A stretch of DNA of 63,649 nucleotides, counting the filler, from Stramenopiles sp. TOSAG23-2 (taxonomy: Eukaryota), in NCBI GenBank assembly GCA_900128395.1. It is 12 parts of 12 records of this genome, joined end to end, with 100 filler letters (N's around TTAATTAATTAA, not from the genome) between each part and the next. Parts side by side here need not be neighbours in the genome. Positions count along the whole stretch, not along the records: positions 52,778 to 59,245 come from LT650460.1; positions 59,346 to 60,714 come from LT653068.1; positions 60,815 to 62,182 come from LT653069.1; positions 62,283 to 63,649 come from LT653070.1; 8 more parts are not named here. One strand, 5' to 3'. Every line of letters starts with the position of its first letter. Within the stretch, counting starts at the first letter, position 1. Shown here piece after piece: positions 56,610 through 63,649 of this stretch. Below the pieces are notes generated by a model. That model saw only the letters and a list, made by a program, of their open reading frames with translations, was not told where the DNA came from and did not search any database. The position numbers and the translations under genes are program-made.

Positions 56610-56806
56610 AATAAAAACCGGAGTACTAACCTTGGTCATTTAAGGACTTACTACATGTTGTGGTGCTGGTAACGTGTTACCAGTGCCACAGCATGTACCT
56701 AACTCTAATGCTATGAGACTGCTAATGTACATTAGCAGGTGAATAGCATAGGGAGTTAGGCGGGGTTAGTCCTTAAATGACCAAGGTTAGTACTCCGGTT
56801 TTTATT
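56610..56806 (+). other. T/Y-shaped foldback: 39-bp perfect outer stem enclosing two hairpins
   Basis: 56610-56648 is the exact reverse complement of 56768-56806; inner hairpins at 56652-56697 and 56698-56760. Confidence 0.9.
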
Positions 56807-57422
56807 TTTATTTTTGACGACATGCACTTCTTTTTTGTTCTTTCCGAAGGCCTTTTTTATTCTATATATTATTATATATTAAATACGGTATTAATACCAG
56901 GCGGCACCCAATTTTAAGGATTTTGAAATTTCACCTAGGGGCATACACCACACAGTTTTTTTTTGATGTGCCTTATATATCATCTTAGTATGAAGTTTGG
57001 TAGGTTTCTCGTAATTTGTACCTAGCATATTTGGAACGCTATTACAGCGTAGTGTGATACTGTATTTCATCATTTCTTCACCTTATAATTTGTGTATTTT
57101 TGCTTCATCCGTTCATCCGGCACAAATTAACATGATGATGCATATAATTTATATCATATTAGAATTGCACAATTTATAGAAGTATTTTGATGAAATTGAT
57201 ACATTAAATGGAAAAAGATATTTATTTTAAAAAATGAAAATTATGACATACAAAGATATTTATAATATATTTTATTAAAATTGACAATTATATTACCTAA
57301 ACATATTTTTAACACACAATCAACATCAAATAAATTATTATATCCCAATAAATAAATATCCAATCTTATGAAAGGTGGGTAATATATATTAAAATGAATC
57401 GTAGTCTTTTTTCAACATTTTT

Positions 57423-58802
57423 TCACAATTTCAAAATACAACCAATCGGACCATGATCACTATAAATTTCATAATCATCCATTGTAAATGAATCAACTAC
57501 CTTTGGACCTTTTCCTTTTTTACTCATCATGCTTTCCGATACAATAGCATAATCTAATCGTAATCCTCGATTCCAATCTTGATTGCCTGAACGTATACTC
57601 CAATATGAAAAACGACCAGTTGCCTCTGGATGAAAACTACGAAATGTATCAACAAAACCATTTTTAGATAATAATTCACCAAATGAATCACGTTCCTTTG
57701 AAGTTAATCCAGCACTTTTTTCTAGATTTTTAAGTCCAACGTATTCCTCCTCTCTTGTTTCCGGTGCGTTTGGAAACCATGGTCGTGGATAAAAATTATG
57801 AATATCACGAACATCATAACAAACATTTAAATCCCCAACAAGTAATACTGGTTTTCTTTTCTCAAGTGATTTTAAATATTTTCCAAATGAAATATCCCAT
57901 GTATTTAAGCGATAATCAAGGCGTTGTAATTTCTGTCCGGAATTTGGTACATATGCATTTACAATATATACTTGTGGCAATTCAAGTGCAATGACCCGCC
58001 CTTCACATGTTGCAATATTATCTTTTTTATTTTTATCACCCAAACCGTATAAAACATTTATTACTTTTGGTGCATCTGAAATTGATATAGATGACTTCAA
58101 CGATGGTAATGGCGGTGAATCATCTTCCTCTTTCTTTGTTGCATCTGCTTTTTGTTTCTTTGAAGTAGATGATTTCTTGGAGAAAAAATCTTTCATAGAT
58201 TTTTGTTTTTTCGTACTTTTTTTACTACTGCCGTCGTCGTTATTATTACTACTACAACGTACAAACATTGCAACTCCACTATATCCTTTTTTTGCTGGTG
58301 GTCCAGAACATGTCCAATATTGAGCATAATCAGGTAAAATTTCTTTCATACTTTTTCCAACATCTTCCACATGTTGTTCTTGTAATTTATGTTCTTGCAA
58401 AGCAATGATATTTGGACGTTCTTTTTCAACAACTGTTAAAAATTTCTTAATTCTATCTTCGTTCTTAATGAGACCACGCAAACCTGCAACATTCGTAGAC
58501 ATGACACGTAAATACTCATTTTTTTTTTCATTTAATACTACACGTTTCATTTCAGTTTTTGGTAAAATGGTTTTTCCTTTTTTCTTGGCTGGAGATTGTT
58601 TCTTCTTTTTCTTTGCTACTGGTAATGGTTTCTCAACTTCTGCATTATTATCATCATTACCTTTTGTCGTTGTTGTTGTTTTCTTTCGTTTTCCCATGAT
58701 ACTGTTCACTTTTAAAATATGCGGCGGTATGATGTAAAATAATTTGGTATAATAAAGACGACTGTTACTTCTTGTTTTGTTTCCTATCAATCGTGATAAC
58801 AT
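57423..58802 (-). CDS. APEX1: AP endonuclease, APE1/exodeoxyribonuclease III family
   Basis: NVAGLR, IIALQEHK, KKGYSGVA, EGRVI, NAYVPNSG, GDLNV, VDTFR, FSYWS, GLRLDY, SDHGP; Lys-rich N-terminal extension. Confidence 0.93.
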   Translation of the reverse strand: MLSRLIGNKTRSNSRLYYTKLFYIIPPHILKVNSIMGKRKKTTTTTKGNDDNNAEVEKPLPVAKKKKKQSPAKKKGKTILPKTEMKRVVLNEKKNEYLRVMSTNVAGLRGLIKNEDRIKKFLTVVEKERPNIIALQEHKLQEQHVEDVGKSMKEILPDYAQYWTCSGPPAKKGYSGVAMFVRCSSNNNDDGSSKKSTKKQKSMKDFFSKKSSTSKKQKADATKKEEDDSPPLPSLKSSISISDAPKVINVLYGLGDKNKKDNIATCEGRVIALELPQVYIVNAYVPNSGQKLQRLDYRLNTWDISFGKYLKSLEKRKPVLLVGDLNVCYDVRDIHNFYPRPWFPNAPETREEEYVGLKNLEKSAGLTSKERDSFGELLSKNGFVDTFRSFHPEATGRFSYWSIRSGNQDWNRGLRLDYAIVSESMMSKKGKGPKVVDSFTMDDYEIYSDHGPIGCILKL

Positions 58803-58887
58803 ATCTTTTTGTTTGTCTTCTTTTTATCGTCTCGTTGAATCTCTACTGTATTTCTATTTGATATATTGAATCGCACAATCTATTTAT

Positions 58888-59136
58888 TCTTTTACGAACA
58901 AGGAAGAAGAAGAAGAGAATTTTTTGACGTATACCATGGTATACTACGAGCACGACTACTTGTGAACTTCTTTTTTTTATTTTAATTTTGCACTGCTTTT
59001 GCTATAAAAACTTTTGTTAGGCCTACTACGATACTAATTTACTATTAATACAGCACTATCACAAATTCCTTTTATACAAGTAGAAAGAGTATCAATTCTA
59101 GTTCAATTGATAAAAAATACCTCTAATTAAGTTTTA
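58888..59136 (-). repeat. Right arm of 249-bp inverted repeat, immediately upstream of the APE1 gene
   Basis: Reverse complement of 52778-53026. Confidence 0.95.
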
Positions 59137-59345
59137 AGTGAAATATCAAAAAAATACCTCTTAGACTACAAATATTGCACTACAACTATATAAAACCTCA
59201 AACACAAATATTTTTGCCAATTTTATTTTCATTTTGAGAAGTTCCNNNNNNNNNNNNNNNNNNNNNNNNNNNNNNNNNNNNNNNNNNNNTTAATTAATTA
59301 ANNNNNNNNNNNNNNNNNNNNNNNNNNNNNNNNNNNNNNNNNNNN

Positions 59346-60714
59346 ATTATATATTTTAGGTTTTGCAATACCTGGTGCTTTACAACATTGTTTTCCATTT
59401 TTCTCTGGCTTAACATCTTCTTCCTTTTTCTTTTTCTTCTCCTTACATTTTTCTAGAGGATATTCTATAGTATAGGCTCCTGCTGGACATTTCTTATCAT
59501 ACAATGATGGACTCTTTGCATTTTTGGATTTACAACATTTTTTCTTACCATCATCATCATCATCATCATCATCATTATCATTGTTTGGACCTGGACCTGA
59601 TGAATCATCGTTTGTACATTTGTCTAATGGCATTTCAATCATTCCTCTAGGACATTTGTTTTTGAATTTTTCTGGTGTTTTAGACGTACGTTTTTTACAA
59701 CATTTATCATCACCATCATTATCATTGTTTGGACCTGGACCTGATGAATCATCGTTTGTACATTTGTCTAATGGCATTTCAATCATTCCTCTAGGACATT
59801 TGTTTTTGAATTTTTCTGGTGTTTTAGACGTACGTTTTTTACAACATTTATCATCATTATCACCATCACCATCATCATTATCATTGTTTGGACCTGGACC
59901 TGATGAATCATCGTTTGTGCATTTGTCAAACGGCAATTCTTTCATGGTTGCTGGACATTTTTTATCGTGCAACGTAGGAAGCATACTTTGTCCCGTTTTC
60001 TTTCGCATTGGCTTACAACATTTTTTTTTCTTACCATTATCATCCTCATCATTGTTTGGGCCTGGACCTGATGAATCATCGTTTGTACATTTGTCTAGAG
60101 GATATTCTATAGTATAGGCTCCTGGTGGACATTTTTTATCATACAATGATGGACTCTTTGCATTTTTCGATTTACAACATTTTTTCTTACCATCATCATC
60201 ATCATTATCATTGTTTGGGCCTGGACCTGATGAATCATCGTTTGTACATTTGTCTAATGGCATTTCAATCATTCCTCTAGGACATTTGTTTTTGAATTTT
60301 TCTGGTGTTTTAGACGTACGTTTTTTACAACATTTATCATCATTATCACCATCACCATCATCATTATCATTGTTTGGACCTGGACCTGATGAATCATCGT
60401 TTGTACATTTGTCTAATGCCATTTCAATCATTCCTCTAGGACATTCATCATTGAATTTTCTTGGCTTTTTAGCATTACGTGATTTACAACATTTTTCAAC
60501 ATCGTCTTCCGGACCAGATGGATCATCTGGGGGCGATAAAACGCATTTTTGCGTACCACAACAACGTATTTTCATATCCTTAGAGGATGGAATAGGAGGT
60601 TTGATTTGAACCATTTTCCCACCTTTTTTTATACATCCTGGATTCTTACATAGACTAGTTGGACAATAAGCCACAAAAGGATCTGTGATTTCATCATCCA
60701 CACCTTCACAGGCT
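59346..60714 (-). CDS. Internal fragment of a Cys/Lys/Asp-rich tandem-repeat protein
   Basis: Six copies of DKCTNDDSSGPGPNND alternating with CCK...CP modules; frame appears open to both contig ends. Confidence 0.8.
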
Positions 60715-60814
60715 NNNNNNNNNNNNNNNNNNNNNNNNNNNNNNNNNNNNNNNNNNNNTTAATTAATTAANNNNNNNNNNNNNNNNNNNNNNNNNNNNNN
60801 NNNNNNNNNNNNNN

Positions 60815-61343
60815 CATCATAAATTTCATCATTGTCATCATTTTTATTTTCTACTACTTTTTTCACCATTCTTTTTCTAGTCAAATGTGTCTCTTTCGAT
60901 GAAGGAAGAATACCACATGGATTTATTAGGGAAAATGTCATTACGCGACTTGGTCTAAGTGCTGAAATTTTCATTCCTAGTGCAGCTCCAAAATTATGTG
61001 TTAAAATATGAAACTTTTCAAATTTTAATTCTAAATCTATCTCAATAAATAAATCTTTTGCAATCATTTCAAGAGTGCAAGTATTTAAATGTTCTAAACT
61101 TTCTTCATCTGGTACAAATTTTTTTTTCTCCTCTTCCTCTTCATCGGTATCGTAAGGATCAATATCGTCAAAATATCCAAACATACTAAAAACAAATACT
61201 GAATATGTCGTCTCCTCTAAGGTATCAAAAAATTTATCAAATATGTCTGGACCAAATATTCCATGTAAACATACTATTTTTACTGGGCCATTTCCAAATG
61301 TTCGAAAAAGTTTAATTGTCGATTTTTTTGATTTATTGGACAT
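60815..61343 (-). CDS. Alpha/beta-hydrolase fold protein, 3'-truncated, nucleophile apparently substituted
   Basis: GNGPVKIVCLHG, VFVFSMFGY, TLEMIAKDL, FHILTHNFGAALG, RPSRV. Confidence 0.7.
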
Positions 61344-62512
61344 TTCTCTTTTCCCTTTCGCGATGAACTATGCAGTTATCTGTTGGTTCGTATTGACCTT
61401 TTCGTTTGGTTGGCTTGGGAGATTTGGTATGTACTAATTTATTACATTTTCGTAAAGAACAATTTTGATACTTACTTTTTTAATATTTTTTTTAGTTTTA
61501 GTAGAAGAAAAAGTTGTTTTATATATATTACTGTGGTGGTAGGAAGTTAAAAGTCTGTAGAGTAGTAACCTTTCCGTTTGAAACAATAATCAATAAATAA
61601 TACCCAAGAATATTTTAATACAATGATAACATGCACTATATTATACGTTCACATTAATACTACGATGACAATATAATACCATTGTAGCAAAAAAATCCTC
61701 CTTGTTTTTACATCTTCGGATGAAAAAGTGGGGAAGATTCTCTTTCGAGTTTTAATCATAAATTACATACACATGTAGAAGCATATTCACAGATATATGC
61801 AAGATACATATCCTGACCATTGCAATAAAGGAACACCGCACAGATTTGGAAACGTATTTGTGCAACAGACAGATTAAAAATTTTTGCTTAAACGTATAAT
61901 ATTTACTTTACTAAGTTTCTAATTAGTACAACGGGTATTATATATTTGCTCAAAAATCTTTTAAAACAGTCTATAGTAAGATAAAGAGGAAGTCTGTTGC
62001 CAATTACATTTATTAATACTATACATTTTGTTATACTTAATTTTGACACTATATATTACAATAATACACAATAACTATATTAATATTACTATAACTAATG
62101 TTATATTCGAAGAACACAACGAGAAGCAGAAGAACGAATATAATATAACTTTAACTCAATCATAAACATATCCATATACAATNNNNNNNNNNNNNNNNNN
62201 NNNNNNNNNNNNNNNNNNNNNNNNNNTTAATTAATTAANNNNNNNNNNNNNNNNNNNNNNNNNNNNNNNNNNNNNNNNNNNNAACTTGTATCTCTAAACT
62301 CCAACCAAAATAAATATTACATTTACATGAAACGCTACACCCAAAGTGAAATTTCATGAAAAAATACACTTATTTGGACACTTTTATTAAGGTTTTACAA
62401 GCCTATTCCATAGTACGCGTACTTTAACATGCAATTGAAACGTCATTAGTAAAGTATCTTCCTGACACTCAGTTGTCATCAACTTACTCTTAGGTTTGCC
62501 TACATACATGTA

Positions 62513-62790
62513 AAAATGAGATCCCACCCTGTTTTTGTATTAATATTTTGATTAGCTCGAGATATATTGTGCCAACTATACCCTATTTTGCAATGTATTT
62601 GAACATGCCTGAAAAAGGCCTAGAAATCCAAATCGATTTTGAATCCCTCTATACAAGTATAATGAGAATCGAACCTACTTTTGTATTAATATATTAATAG
62701 ACTTGAGATATATTGTGTTACCTATACCCCATTTTGCAATGTATTTGAACATGCCTCAAAAAGGACTAGAATTCCAAATCGATTTTGAAT
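62513..62790. repeat. Diverged ~145-150 bp tandem duplication
   Basis: aatgag..ttttgtattaatat..gagatatattgtg..attttgcaatgtatttgaacatgcct..ccaaatcgattttgaatc occurs twice. Confidence 0.85.
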
Positions 62791-63000
62791 CACAACAATT
62801 TTAAATGGAGCTAGAAATCTTCATTTTGAACATGCAACATAAAAAATTTTGATAAATTGTCATAGATTCTATATCATAGATGGTATATTTAACTTTTCTC
62901 CGAGAGTTTACGTGTATAATTATGTTTTTAAAGAAAAGTGCTGAGATTTTTTTTTTAATCGTACGTTAGCATGGAGTTAGTATTAGAGCACTTTTGCATG

Positions 63001-63316
63001 GAAATGGTGAAAATCATGAAAGGTTGAAAACTTTCATTGAAGATATTAAAATTAGACTTTGAAACGTTGCATATCCGTTATTTATTACATATACAATAAC
63101 TGTATGTCGTGGTCTGGGGAGTTTAGCTGTAGAACCATGCTTACTAAAAATATCTTTTTCATCGAAATGGTGAAAATCATGAAAGGTCGAAAACTTTCAT
63201 TGAAGTTATTAATATTATGCTTTGAAACGTTGTATATCCGTTACTTATTACGTATACAATGTCTGTAGGTCGTGGTCTGGGGAGTTTTCTAGTAGAACCA
63301 TGTTTACTAAAAATAT
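63001..63316. repeat. Diverged ~163-bp tandem duplication
   Basis: gaaatggtgaaaatcatgaaaggt..gtcgtggtctggggagttt..gtagaaccatg.ttactaaaaa at about 63001 and about 63164. Confidence 0.85.
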
Positions 63317-63649
63317 CGTGCATTTTGATCATTTACGTTAGGGTTAGAGATGCTAGCACTACTCAGCACTATGGGGTCCTACCCATACATGACGGGACAT
63401 ATGCATGGATGTACGCAAATATAGTTGCTATATACATACTATTATCTATACATGGCCATAATGCCCATAATAATACGTATTTTACGCCGTATTAGCATAA
63501 GGTATATATAATAAGTAGAATAAGATTACAAATTATAAAAAAATCATATTCTATAGTATATACATGTAAATGTGTTGGAGTTGGCGCTGCATCGTATGTA
63601 ATTTTATGAAAAGGATGAAATTGTTAAAATGACGATGTAATTTTTACAT

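Larger units (their letters stand above)
6516..62282. other. Eleven artificial 100-nt contig linkers at 6516-6615, 13131-13230, 19742-19841, 26342-26441, 32936-33035, 39518-39617, 46100-46199, 52678-52777, 59246-59345, 60715-60814, 62183-62282
   Basis: Identical N-run/TTAATTAATTAA/N-run blocks giving stops in all six frames; contig lengths fall monotonically (6515 to 6468, then 1369 to 1367). Confidence 0.98.

Noticed and set aside
56891-57073. 60-aa minus-strand ORF beside the foldback as a cognate Rep or nuclease
   Set aside because: Too short, with no recognisable HUH, RuvC or other motif.
57423-58802. APE domain as part of a non-LTR retrotransposon
   Set aside because: It is a stand-alone gene with cellular APE1/ExoIII motifs (YVPNSG, FSYWS); no reverse transcriptase follows.
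52778-59136. Complete autonomous Polinton, virophage or DNA transposon
   Set aside because: No recognisable transposase, integrase, pPolB, capsid or packaging ATPase; reported only as a putative relic.
1-59245. Functional linkage between the TIR protein and the virus-like contig
   Set aside because: They are on different contigs placed together only by size sorting.
6516-62282. Regularly spaced TTAATTAATTAA motif about every 6.6 kb
   Set aside because: It is embedded in N runs and is an artificial contig linker; the regular spacing reflects size-sorted contigs.
1-63649. Alternative genetic code
   Set aside because: Conserved genes translate full length with the standard code and end in TAA, TAG or TGA.

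Overview
AT-rich, intron-poor eukaryotic (protist) DNA, most plausibly a heterotrophic stramenopile MAG/SAG (inference from gene content and poly-Asn/poly-Thr tracts, not from a marker gene). The window is not one locus: it is 12 contigs joined by 11 artificial 100-nt linkers (N...TTAATTAATTAA...N), nine of about 6.5 kb in decreasing size and three of about 1.37 kb, so adjacency across linkers means nothing. Recognisable genes: RanBP9/10-like, DNAJC11-like, HAS1/DDX18, acyl-CoA oxidase, NIPA transporter, UPF0489, ES1/ElbB, dienelactone hydrolase, FAM210-like, Frag1/DRAM and an APE1/ExoIII endonuclease. Most unusual region: contig 52778-59245, bracketed by a 249-bp inverted repeat. It holds virus-like gene fragments (D5/P4 primase-like C-terminus, S74-like motif), three copies of a cassette carrying the giant-virus early promoter motif AAAAATTGA, and a ~200-nt T/Y-shaped foldback with an alternative pairing partner. 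Other highlights are an ankyrin-kinase-TIR-TIR putative immune protein, a protein with at least 16 IQ-WW units, and a coiled-coil protein with a CC1-box-like motif and a PX domain. All family calls are from motif recognition by eye; no searches were run.
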